From the sequence record OP292654.1: 64,000 nucleotides of DNA. The stretch is one strand, 5' to 3'. Numbering within the stretch: the stretch's first letter is position 1; each line of letters opens with the position of its first letter. The notes beneath the pieces were generated by a model. The model did not search any database and was not told the origin of the DNA. It was given only the letters and a program-made list of their open reading frames with translations. A program made the position numbers and the translations under genes. This document shows, in pieces, positions 14,712-23,474 of this stretch.

Positions 14712-14715
14712 AATC

Positions 14716-14964
14716 ATGAAAGATTCTATTGGTGTTGTGTTCTTTGCGATTGTCGCATTTATCATAACAACAGTACAAGTATTCTTCGGTTCATTATGTA
14801 CTGGTGCGGTTATTGTTGCTCTTTGGCAGCTTTTTACCATCGGCCCAGCAGCAATGACCTTTGGATTCTTTGTATTAGGTGTGGTAAAATTTGCGGCATG
14901 GGTAACTGCTATTGCGATGACTATCATTTCAGGTGCGTTCCTAATCGGCAAACGAATATGGTAA
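14716..14964 (+). CDS. hypothetical membrane protein
   Basis: almost entirely hydrophobic; TAAGG RBS. Confidence 0.65.
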   Translation: MKDSIGVVFFAIVAFIITTVQVFFGSLCTGAVIVALWQLFTIGPAAMTFGFFVLGVVKFAAWVTAIAMTIISGAFLIGKRIW

Positions 14965-15396
14965 AGTTCAGCAAATGTCCTCTTTGTGGCTGCGAAGGGA
15001 TTCACGCATGTATGGGTGAAAACTCAGTTAACAATGGACTTGACTTGAACAATCCAGCCATGTATAATCGGTTGAAAGATGCGATAGAGCATATTCGAAA
15101 ATCTGAAGCGGAGCGTAAACATGACGACTCAAGTAGTAGCAGTTGATTACTATCATCGCTATGAAGATAGTTCTCATAAAGTACCGTTTAAAGTATTTGA
15201 GAACATTCAGGTGTTCGAAGAATATTGTCTAAAGAACAATATCCAAATTCTGAAAGGTGCGTTCGGTAGTACTTATTACGATCATGAGTACTGTTATTCT
15301 GTAAACCACGTGGAGTACGTTAAATGAAAGATGAACATCCTGACTTTTAACGAAAAACTTGATAGTACTGACACGATGTAGTACTATCATATAATT

Positions 15397-15484
15397 GGTA
15401 TGGTGGGTGAGTGGCTAAAACCACCTGACTGTAAATCAGGCGTCCGAAAGGGCTACGTAGGTTCGAATCCTACCCGTACCACCA
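15397..15484 (+). tRNA. trnY: tRNA-Tyr(GTA)
   Basis: cloverleaf with long variable arm, CCTGA-CT GTA AA-TCAGG, encoded CCA. Confidence 0.95.
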
Positions 15485-15553
15485 ATTACACTACGGCAAC
15501 TGCGAAAGCATCCGAGGCAATCAGACCCATCTTCTGTGTAGTGTTCCTATGTA

Positions 15554-15634
15554 GAGTATATAGCTTAATTATAGAGCAGCGATTTTAACAGGTAATGCTG
15601 GTCGTCAGTGTAGGTGGAACCCCTATTATACTCA
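15554..15634 (+). pseudogene. tRNA-like element with expanded (17-nt) anticodon loop and altered T-loop
   Basis: GAGTATA/TATACTC acceptor, GCTT/GAGC D-arm, GCGAT/GTCGT stem, GTAGG-TGGAACC-CCTAT. Confidence 0.6.
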
Positions 15635-15657
15635 ACTTTTAATAAAGAGAGAATATC

Positions 15658-16191
15658 ATGCCAACTATCAAGCCTATGCGTTCTGTTCTTATCTGTATCA
15701 GTCCTTCTTCTCGTATGCTAACCAGTAAAATGCTGGAAATTATTGCTACAGATTATGAAATGGGTAAAGAGATCGGTGACGTGTTCTACGAAGGTTCTGA
15801 AGTAGCACGTTGGATGCATTATGAAGGGAAACTTGATAAGATTCCAGCAGAAGTTGATATTTTAATTACTCCAACTTTTGATTGCGATGAAGTATATTAC
15901 GCTGATGTTATTCGTAATTATAATTCATATGACATTCCAAAATGGTTTGTTGCCAAATCTGAAGATCGTCGCGAATATATGCGTCAAGAAGATTTTCAGG
16001 TATGGAAAGATAATCAAAATCGCAAAGGTTCGGTAGTACAGAAACGTTCAGGTAAACCATTTAAAAGTGGTTTGTTCACTGCTACAGTGAAGACCTGTGA
16101 ACGCAATCCTTATACTGGATTGTGGGGATTCACCTTTGAAGAAGATGAATCAATCGTAGATATTAAACAGTTGAAAATTGTAGGAAGTTAA
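15658..16191 (+). CDS. hypothetical protein
   Basis: C-terminal KPFKSG...NPYTG..GFTF phage-type motif; GAGAG RBS. Confidence 0.7.
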   Translation: MPTIKPMRSVLICISPSSRMLTSKMLEIIATDYEMGKEIGDVFYEGSEVARWMHYEGKLDKIPAEVDILITPTFDCDEVYYADVIRNYNSYDIPKWFVAKSEDRREYMRQEDFQVWKDNQNRKGSVVQKRSGKPFKSGLFTATVKTCERNPYTGLWGFTFEEDESIVDIKQLKIVGS

Positions 16192-16392
16192 ATGTTCCAT
16201 GTAGTAAAATATATTGAATCAGAACGTGGCTGGGGTGGTGAAATCTGGCATCGTGGTTTTGACACGAAAGAAGAAGCTGACGCAGCCATTGCTGACTGTA
16301 ACAAAGACCTGCCTGAAGAAACGCCAGATTACTATATTGTAGCTCAGTACTTAGGTGAAATGGCAGAAATCCCAGGTGATTATAAACATTAA
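16192..16392 (+). CDS. hypothetical protein
   Basis: AGGAAG RBS, abuts upstream stop. Confidence 0.65.
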   Translation: MFHVVKYIESERGWGGEIWHRGFDTKEEADAAIADCNKDLPEETPDYYIVAQYLGEMAEIPGDYKH

Positions 16393-16404
16393 CAGGGTAT
16401 ATCA

Positions 16405-16953
16405 ATGAAACGTTTAGTAGTAGTTATGTCACTTGTTGTCATTATGACTTCAGCACTGTTATCTGGTTGTGAACCGTTTCCTTCAGATGCTCCGGTAACA
16501 TCGGCTGCTGCTGATAAACCAACTAAAACACCTGAACAAACGAAAGCACCAGCGGTTAATACTCCTACCACATCTGGTACGGAGAAACAGTCTGATGCGG
16601 CTCCTACTAAAAGTACTACAGCCAGTACTTCAGTAGATCAAGCTCCGGTTGTTGAACAAAAGGAAGTTCAAAGCACAAGTGCTGAGAATACTCCAGTAGC
16701 TAAACCGGAAGAACCTGAACCAGCAGAAGTTCAGCAAGAAGAACCAGAAGATGATTCACCTCAACTGGCTCCTAATGCTGGAAAGCTTCAGATTATCGGC
16801 TCAGCAGGTAAAGAGGTTTACTATATGAAAAAGGTTGAACAACCTGACGCTAACTGTTATGTTGTATCCAATAGTGTGACATGGGATACTTCAGTAAGTT
16901 GTGTTCCAGCAGATAATAAACCTCCTGTTACAACTGTTACAACTGGAAAATAA
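16405..16953 (+). CDS. putative lipoprotein with Pro/Thr/Ala-rich linker
   Basis: signal peptide with lipobox LLSG-C; low-complexity middle. Confidence 0.7.
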   Translation: MKRLVVVMSLVVIMTSALLSGCEPFPSDAPVTSAAADKPTKTPEQTKAPAVNTPTTSGTEKQSDAAPTKSTTASTSVDQAPVVEQKEVQSTSAENTPVAKPEEPEPAEVQQEEPEDDSPQLAPNAGKLQIIGSAGKEVYYMKKVEQPDANCYVVSNSVTWDTSVSCVPADNKPPVTTVTTGK

Positions 16954-17278
16954 AATTTACCTTCTATGTAAGTACTCTTGAATTAAATAATTAGCAGAAC
17001 AAAGTTCTGTTCATTTTAGGAGTACTTACATGAATCTATTAAGTAAAATTTGGTCTTGGATCAAATCAGTATTTGCCGCTTTAAACAAAGAGCCTGAAAA
17101 TTCAGTGCTTGATGTTGGTATCCCTGCCGATCCTAATGGCATCGATGCACCAAGTACTGATGAACCTACTGTTCAACCTGATGCTCCAGCACCAGCTACA
17201 CCAGTAGATCCAAGTCAAAACCAATCTAATTAATGATTAATGAAGGGAGCATATGCTCCCTATTTTTATAGGTACAAT

Positions 17279-17812
17279 ATGGAAGAAACCACTGTTACTA
17301 ATAATGAAGAATTTACAATAGCAGTACTTTCCGGTTTAGGTGAATTGTTGAACACATCTTTTGACTTGTATCAATACGAAATTGATCCAGATGGAACTAT
17401 ACGCCTTAGTTCTAATGAAGGATATTGTTTAGGAATTACTGATACAGAAGTTGAAGTTCGTGACATTTATGGGGATGCTTTAAACGATTCATTATCACAA
17501 CTTGGTTATGAACAAAGAAAAGTACAGTACGCCCATTATGCTGAAATTCTCAATTCAACATTAGATGAACAAACTGATCCTGCTATTCGAAATGTTATGG
17601 CATCTATGGTTAGAAACCAGGTAACATTATTAATTGGTGAACCGAAAAAACATGTTACCTATAAAAAGTATCGTTACTATGAAACTGAAGAACAATGGTT
17701 TCAACAAATGACAGTACATGATAATGTACTTCCATTTGAATGTCTTACTGATATTCGTAAAATAAAGGAAGCTGTATTAAAGGATTTAGAATCTAAATGG
17801 AAGATTCGTTAA
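17279..17812 (+). CDS. hypothetical protein, EE-x-FQ-x-[ST] paralog family
   Basis: TEEQWFQQMTVHD motif. Confidence 0.65.
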   Translation: MEETTVTNNEEFTIAVLSGLGELLNTSFDLYQYEIDPDGTIRLSSNEGYCLGITDTEVEVRDIYGDALNDSLSQLGYEQRKVQYAHYAEILNSTLDEQTDPAIRNVMASMVRNQVTLLIGEPKKHVTYKKYRYYETEEQWFQQMTVHDNVLPFECLTDIRKIKEAVLKDLESKWKIR

Positions 17813-18387
17813 TAAACAGAACTAACATTGTTAGGCGTTTCATTCGTGAAATGCCTAACATGGAAATATCAAGAGAACAGTCTAGTACTGAAAGAACAGT
17901 ACTTGAAACTGAAGAACTTGAAATAATTAGAATCATTGCTACCAATGAACTCATATTCAAAATGGTACTAGAATGTACAGTAACTGAAGAACAATATGTT
18001 GAACACAACTTTGTTGTTCCTGGTGGCGGTGGTTATAGAAAAGTACAGAATACTTATAAACAAAAAGTTGAAGTGATGAAATTCCTTGATGGAAAGTTCA
18101 GCATGGTTAATGCTGAATCTAACAGTAATTGGATAAGATTCTCATACGTTGCAAAACAGCGACCTGATGGTACTATCTATAATACTAAGGAACTTCAGAC
18201 TACATTAAATATTGGATACAAAGTACTTCCCAATTCAGAAGAATCACACTTCCAACGTATGACTACTGATGGTCTAGTACTGGAATTACCTGAATGTATT
18301 GCTATTTGGGAGATTTTAGAACGCTGTAAAGAGTTTGGTTCACTCGTACAAGCTACTCCTGATATAAAGGTACATCTGTACTTTTAA
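17797..18387 (+). CDS. hypothetical protein, EE-x-FQ-x-[ST] paralog family
   Basis: SEESHFQRMTTDG motif. Confidence 0.65.
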   Translation: MEDSLINRTNIVRRFIREMPNMEISREQSSTERTVLETEELEIIRIIATNELIFKMVLECTVTEEQYVEHNFVVPGGGGYRKVQNTYKQKVEVMKFLDGKFSMVNAESNSNWIRFSYVAKQRPDGTIYNTKELQTTLNIGYKVLPNSEESHFQRMTTDGLVLELPECIAIWEILERCKEFGSLVQATPDIKVHLYF

Positions 18388-18395
18388 AGAATCTA

Positions 18396-18472
18396 GCGTG
18401 GATGCCAGAGTCTGGTCAATTGGAACGGATTGCAAATCCGTAAAGTCGTGGGTTCAAATCCCTCTCCACGCT
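18396..18472 (+). tRNA. trnC: tRNA-Cys(GCA)
   Basis: GCGTGGA/TCCACGC, ACGGA-TT GCA AA-TCCGT. Confidence 0.9.
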
Positions 18473-18504
18473 CTAAACTGAACTGTATATATAAGGAAAT
18501 ATAT

Positions 18505-18867
18505 ATGAATGAACTACACTCACTAAAGGAAATAGCGAAGTTCTTCGATACTAACTATCATCATTTCTTACGTTATGAAGATGGAACTATTGATTATAAC
18601 GGTACTACGTACATTATGTACTTCGCAGAAGATGCTCCAGTACCATTGCTACGACTTGGATATTTTGATGATGAAGGTGATCTTCACATTCTAGTATGTG
18701 TTGTTGACTTTGGTCTATTACTAAACTTAGATGATTCAGGTGAAGACAAACTAAGTATTGTCGAGTATCGAGATATAGTGAAGGAAGAAAGGTTCGGTCT
18801 AACGTTTTATGATTGCTGTCGTTTCAATTATATTTTAACGAGAGCAGTACAGCATATGGGCTGTTAA
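18505..18867 (+). CDS. hypothetical protein
   Basis: TAAGGA RBS before ATG 18505. Confidence 0.65.
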   Translation: MNELHSLKEIAKFFDTNYHHFLRYEDGTIDYNGTTYIMYFAEDAPVPLLRLGYFDDEGDLHILVCVVDFGLLLNLDDSGEDKLSIVEYRDIVKEERFGLTFYDCCRFNYILTRAVQHMGC

Positions 18868-18934
18868 CTCAATCGGTTAGAGTAGCACTCTCTTAAAGTG
18901 AAGGTTCAGGGTTCGATTCCCTGACAGCCCACCA
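18858..18934 (+). tRNA. trnK: tRNA-Lys(CTT)
   Basis: GGGCTGT/ACAGCCC, CT CTT AA loop, encoded CCA; overlaps the end of the upstream ORF. Confidence 0.9.
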
Positions 18935-19201
18935 CTGTAAAAAGTCCTTGACGTAAGCAAGGCAACGTGTAATAATGCTTACACGTTTTAAGCGAGAGGA
19001 TAAAATCATGATCAGTCCAGAAAGGTTAGTCCAGATTGAAAGTGAATTAATGGCGTTACAACATGAGCTTCAGCAGTATATAATTGTTGATAGCTCCGTA
19101 CAGCCAGTTACCAGTCGTTATCAAAATGATGCGATAACTGCTATTAACAAAGCACGTGTAGACGTGAGTGCAATTGCTCACAACCTACGTAAGTATCCAA
19201 A

Positions 19202-19274
19202 GGTCAATTAGCTCAGTTGGTAGAGCACGACACTCATAATGTCGCTGTCACTGGTTCAAATCCAGTATTGACCA
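19202..19274 (+). tRNA. tRNA-CAT (elongator Met or Ile2)
   Basis: cloverleaf, CGACA-CT CAT AA-TGTCG. Confidence 0.9.
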
Positions 19275-19294
19275 CAAAAAACTTGAAAATATTT

Positions 19295-19322
19295 GGAACG
19301 ACTCAAAATTTTCTGGTATAAT
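19295..19322 (+). promoter_or_regulatory. GGAACG-N16-TATAAT class promoter
   Basis: GGAACG 19295, TATAAT 19317. Confidence 0.65.
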
Positions 19323-19329
19323 GATTACA

Positions 19330-19450
19330 TAAGACGGTTACTTGAATCTTCGGATTGCGTCTCGTTCCCTTGAAAGAGGTTAGTCCAGTACTGTAAAACG
19401 TCAAGCCCCATCTTCGGATGGCTGAGGCTGATAGAAAATATCAGCCGACT
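19330..19450 (+). ncRNA. candidate structured small RNA
   Basis: ORF-free, own promoter; AATC-TTCG-GATT and CATC-TTCG-GATG UUCG hairpins, GGCTGATA/TATCAGCC hairpin. Confidence 0.5.
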
Positions 19451-19472
19451 CCAAAAAAGTTTAAAAATTTTT

Positions 19473-19500
19473 GGAACGGAAACAAAAAGTGTGGTATAAT
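19473..19500 (+). promoter_or_regulatory. GGAACG-N16-TATAAT class promoter
   Basis: GGAACG 19473, TGTGG-TATAAT 19495, upstream of tRNA-Met. Confidence 0.65.
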
Positions 19501-19514
19501 AATCACATAGGAAT

Positions 19515-19589
19515 TGCGGAGTAGAGCAGCATGGTCAGCTTGCCAGGCTCATAACCTGGAGGTCGGTGGTTCAAATCCATCCTCCGCAT
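19515..19589 (+). tRNA. trnM: tRNA-Met(CAT), initiator-like
   Basis: TGCGGAG/CTCCGCA, CCAGG-CT CAT AA-CCTGG, fMet-like D-arm. Confidence 0.88.
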
Positions 19590-19670
19590 CAAACTTATAC
19601 AAAGCCAATGTGCTTCGGGGTGTATCACGTCTGCCCGAAAGCCGACTCGGTATAAGTCAGGACGTGATAA

Positions 19671-19743
19671 GGGGCTATAGCTCAGTTGGTAGAGCAACTG
19701 CCTTGCACGTAGTAGGTCTGCGGTTCAAATCCGCATAGCTCCA
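19671..19743 (+). tRNA. trnA: tRNA-Ala(TGC)
   Basis: GGGGCTA/TAGCTCC with G3:U70, CT TGC AC loop. Confidence 0.95.
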
Positions 19744-19998
19744 CTAGAAGATTGAAAAGTACGACTTACGGCTGGCTGCTGCCAGGGGTCAACACGATTG
19801 ACCATCTTCACGAAATTACGTATCGTCTAACGTTTAATCTTGCGTATTGTCCAAAGAAGGGATATAATGGATTAGATAGGATTCTGGTTCGCCCACGAGG
19901 GGTTCTGGGGATACAGGTGAAAATCCTGTTGCGTATGCCAAAAATTTGTAGTACAATGAATGTAACAAAGAAACTCAATAAACCAAAGAGGTAACACC

Positions 19999-20667
19999 AT
20001 GCAAGTTCAATTCAAAAACGCTCTGTTCGATTCCGCTCTGTTCGCTTTCGCCGTTGTTAACGGTTCAACCCTGACCATCGTTCTGGAAAACGCAGAAATC
20101 GATCTGGATTTCGACAGCGAAGCTGAAGCTCTGGAAGCTCAGGCTGAACTCGGCGAAGTACTGGACTCCGTAGGTTCCGTATCTAACGTAATCACCGACG
20201 CGGCAAACGCTGTATCCGGTCTGATTTCTGGCCTGTTCGGTACTGCGAAAGCAAAAGTGACCAAAGCAAGCACCGCGAAGTCTGCTGAAGACGTAGCAAC
20301 CACCCTGACCGACATTCTGGAGCAGGCTCTGGCTGGTCGTCCGGCTGCTACCCGCCCAGCGTCACGTTCTACCGCTTCCGAAGCGAATGACGTGTTCGGT
20401 ACTAACCGTACCTCTCGTGCTGATGCGGCTGACACTGTAGTGTCTGAACTGACCGACGCTGCCCTGCGTACCGCGATTGAAGACAAAGCAGCATCCCTGC
20501 TGGCGTCTGATGCTCGTGTCCAGGCAATGGTCGCTCAACTGCGTCGTTTCTACTCTGACGCACAGGTTGACGAAGTGATCGAAGTTCGTAAGTCTCAGGT
20601 GTTCGATTTCGCTCGTGCGAATGGCAATCTGACTCTGAACCAGATTGTTGCTCAAATCCTGCGTTAA
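19999..20667 (+). CDS. hypothetical, likely highly expressed Ala/Ser-rich protein
   Basis: GAGGT RBS; strong CTG/CGT/TTC/AAC codon bias, visibly GC-richer than neighbours. Confidence 0.8.
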   Translation: MQVQFKNALFDSALFAFAVVNGSTLTIVLENAEIDLDFDSEAEALEAQAELGEVLDSVGSVSNVITDAANAVSGLISGLFGTAKAKVTKASTAKSAEDVATTLTDILEQALAGRPAATRPASRSTASEANDVFGTNRTSRADAADTVVSELTDAALRTAIEDKAASLLASDARVQAMVAQLRRFYSDAQVDEVIEVRKSQVFDFARANGNLTLNQIVAQILR

Positions 20668-20682
20668 TTCGCAAACCAAAAC

Positions 20683-20707
20683 AAAGGGAGCCGATGGCTC
20701 CCTTTTT
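20683..20707 (+). terminator. intrinsic terminator
   Basis: AAAGGGAGCC-GAT-GGCTCCCTTTTT. Confidence 0.85.
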
Positions 20708-20721
20708 ACGTTTGAGGTTAT

Positions 20722-21261
20722 ATGAAAATAACTGAACAGTACCGAACGCTTGGCGTTCAAGAGTACTATCAAAATCCAAATACACAAGCTACATACGAAA
20801 ATCCACACCAAGATTACGTTAATGATTGCTTAATGAATTCGTTCTATCAGTACTTTACTGAAGACGCTTCAGTACTGGATCTAGCTTGCGGTAATGGACT
20901 CGTAAGTAATCTTCTTAAGCAATGCGGCGTATCTGATATTGAAGGTGCTGACAAATATATGCACGAACGATATACAGAGGAAACTGGATTTGTATGCTAT
21001 CCATATTCCTTTGAAGATATAGCCGATTTTAATTGTATCTTTGAAAAACGTTATGATGTAATTATATGTAGTTACGCATTCGATTTAGTTCCAGAATCAT
21101 ACAGGCAAAAGCTGTTGTACGCTTTAAGTACTTACACTGATACATTAATATTAATACGACCTAACTCACATATGGTTGAACCTACTATCTGGTTGGATGT
21201 TCATCAATGTAAGTTCCAGAAATCAAGAGCAATAGTATATCAAAAAGAAAGGCACTCATAA
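20722..21261 (+). CDS. class I SAM-dependent methyltransferase
   Basis: VLDLACGNG motif I; GAD; YDVIICSY. Confidence 0.8.
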   Translation: MKITEQYRTLGVQEYYQNPNTQATYENPHQDYVNDCLMNSFYQYFTEDASVLDLACGNGLVSNLLKQCGVSDIEGADKYMHERYTEETGFVCYPYSFEDIADFNCIFEKRYDVIICSYAFDLVPESYRQKLLYALSTYTDTLILIRPNSHMVEPTIWLDVHQCKFQKSRAIVYQKERHS

Positions 21262-21273
21262 GAGTGCCTTTTT
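21243..21273. terminator. bidirectional intrinsic terminator
   Basis: AAAGGCACTC-ATAA-GAGTGCCTTTTT between convergent genes. Confidence 0.8.
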
Positions 21274-21276
21274 GCG

Positions 21277-22410
21277 TTATGCGGTTACGCCAGTAATAAC
21301 AACTTTACCTGTGAAGTTCTCTGAACTTTCAAGAGTGATGTTATCTGAATTATCAATACTAACTAGTACTTGTACAAGATTACCAGCAGAATCATATACT
21401 GATAATGATGGGCTTTGTTTCAAGTGTGTGCTATATGGAATAGACATTGTAAAATCTGAACCACTAGATGACCAAACTAGAGAAGTACTGTAAACAGTTC
21501 TCACATTAGTTGGACCAACAATTATAATATCATAATCTGTATTATCAGTTTGAGTCACTGTGATGTTTCCAGAAGTATCTACGCTAACATCTGGATTATA
21601 GATAGTACCATTAATATTTTGAATCTGAACTACAACATTCGAGCCACGATTGTGAACTGTATTTGCTAATGTAAAGGTATATGTACCATCACCATTATCT
21701 GTCATTTGAGTTCCAGATACTGCGTACATAGTAACATAATCAGTATCAGCTTCACTTACAATAGGAACATCAACTTCCTTGGTATTGTATTTTGGTGATG
21801 TGATTGTAATTACTGCATTACCAGTTTCTGATACCACAACATCTGTGAATGTAAAGTTACGACCATCAAGTGTTGCTGTGTAAGTAACACCTTCGATTTC
21901 CATTGTAACAACCATTCCAGTAGTATCTAGAGAACCACTAACGGCACTAATAGTACCTGTAACAGTAGTAGTACCAATTGCGATAGTACTAACAGTTACT
22001 TCACCAATATCAATTGGGCCAATACTACATTCTGGTACATACATATCGAACATATATCTACCGTCTGCTAAACAGACTTTATTATTTTGGAAACGAATAA
22101 CGAATCCTGTTACGGACATGTCGCTATTATATCCACGAACAAAGAATGTATTGACTGGAATTTCATTTAAAAGTTCATCATCAGTTTTTGAATAATCAAG
22201 AACATCATTATTTGAATCATAACCGGTAATACGTACATATTGATAAATGACATTTGTATCATAGTCCATTAAATCAAAGATGTTTACTGAACGTTGTTTG
22301 AAAATGCGTATATTCTTTAACTTAACATTATTTTTAAGTAATGCCCCATCAACAATATAACCACATTCACCATATCTATATTCATTAACACCTGCTATTG
22401 GGTGAGCCAT
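21277..22410 (-). CDS. putative virion structural protein (Thr/Val-rich beta/Ig-like domains)
   Basis: 377 aa, GGAGG RBS, composition typical of tail/baseplate beta-sandwich proteins. Confidence 0.6.
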   Translation of the reverse strand: MAHPIAGVNEYRYGECGYIVDGALLKNNVKLKNIRIFKQRSVNIFDLMDYDTNVIYQYVRITGYDSNNDVLDYSKTDDELLNEIPVNTFFVRGYNSDMSVTGFVIRFQNNKVCLADGRYMFDMYVPECSIGPIDIGEVTVSTIAIGTTTVTGTISAVSGSLDTTGMVVTMEIEGVTYTATLDGRNFTFTDVVVSETGNAVITITSPKYNTKEVDVPIVSEADTDYVTMYAVSGTQMTDNGDGTYTFTLANTVHNRGSNVVVQIQNINGTIYNPDVSVDTSGNITVTQTDNTDYDIIIVGPTNVRTVYSTSLVWSSSGSDFTMSIPYSTHLKQSPSLSVYDSAGNLVQVLVSIDNSDNITLESSENFTGKVVITGVTA

Positions 22411-22588
22411 ATGGGTATCCTCCGAAGTTATTTCCAGTATTTATCCCGTTTTCCTTATTTTTCCTTGAATTTTCAGAGGGATTCTGGTATTATTTCGTGG
22501 AGTGCAAAAGAGCCTCCGATAATATTCCTCCTTGACGGGCAGGATAAGATTTTGTTATAATGGGGTTCAATTAATTGAGGTACAAAAT

Positions 22589-23167
22589 ATGACACGTTTA
22601 ATCATTCGTGAAGATAAAATGAAGATTCGTTTACATCACGACGAAGCTGAGTCCTTTATGGCTAAAGCAATTGCTAAGGCTGAGAAGTTCTCTAAAATCG
22701 CACCAGCAGGAAAGTCGCCTTATGGCTTCAATCATGCTCACTCTCACTTAGTGGGAATGGCTGCGGAACATGCGTCGTGGTTACTGTTCAATGAGATTGA
22801 AGCATTGACGAATCGTAATCTTAATATTGATCCTGCGTTCCAGGATGAAAAACGTGAAGGTGAATGTGATCTCTATGTAGGTGGAGTTCGCATTGAAGTA
22901 AAAGGTATTAAGTACGGTTCTTGGTTACGCTTCGGTCCATGTATTAGCTCTCGTCAGCTTCCTAAGATTCAAAAGAAAGCTGACATAGTACTATGGGCGT
23001 TGTATAACGAGAAGTGTCAGGAGTTCACTTTCGAAGGTTATAACCTCGTATCAGAAATTGCGGCAATTCCAACTATCATGACTGGTGCTGAAGGTCGTGA
23101 AAAGATTGAGAACTATCCGGTAATTAGTATTCTTAAGCCATTACAAGATCTTGCGTTAGGAGCATAA
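22589..23167 (+). CDS. putative PD-(D/E)xK nuclease-fold protein
   Basis: CDLYVGGVRIEVKG (D..EVK); GAGG RBS at ATG 22589; TTGACG promoter at 22532. Confidence 0.5.
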   Translation: MTRLIIREDKMKIRLHHDEAESFMAKAIAKAEKFSKIAPAGKSPYGFNHAHSHLVGMAAEHASWLLFNEIEALTNRNLNIDPAFQDEKREGECDLYVGGVRIEVKGIKYGSWLRFGPCISSRQLPKIQKKADIVLWALYNEKCQEFTFEGYNLVSEIAAIPTIMTGAEGREKIENYPVISILKPLQDLALGA

Positions 23168-23168
23168 A

Positions 23169-23474
23169 ATGAAATTCTGTACATTGCTTTTTATTATTCT
23201 GGTGGCGTGGATTATTACACCTGAATCAAAAGCAAGTGAGCTACATAACTATGCGTACTGTTCAGGGTACGCAGGTAAAATGTCTCAGGTATATAAGATG
23301 AAGTACTATCGCGACATGCAACAGTACTTTGATTCGAAAGTACAACAACCAGATGTAGATGCTATCACATCTGAGTACTACCAAAGTGGTGCTGAACTTG
23401 TTCGTACCGATGTTGGTATTGGTAAGAACCTAATTACGAAATGTGAAGAAGCCTATAAACGGAGGATGCCATGA
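23169..23474 (+). CDS. hypothetical secreted/periplasmic protein
   Basis: signal-peptide-like N-terminus, Cys pair. Confidence 0.65.
   Translation: MKFCTLLFIILVAWIITPESKASELHNYAYCSGYAGKMSQVYKMKYYRDMQQYFDSKVQQPDVDAITSEYYQSGAELVRTDVGIGKNLITKCEEAYKRRMP

Noticed and set aside
19503-19994. ORFs 19503-19697, 19514-19738, 19752-19994 and other ORFs overlapping tRNAs (3333, 11761, 11784, 11897, 15400)
   Set aside because: They are shadows of tRNA or structured RNA sequence with no RBS.
20139-20811. Minus-strand ORFs opposite gene 19999-20667 and 25851-26414 opposite the Ser-rich gene
   Set aside because: Antisense open frames expected from strong codon bias or low-complexity sequence.
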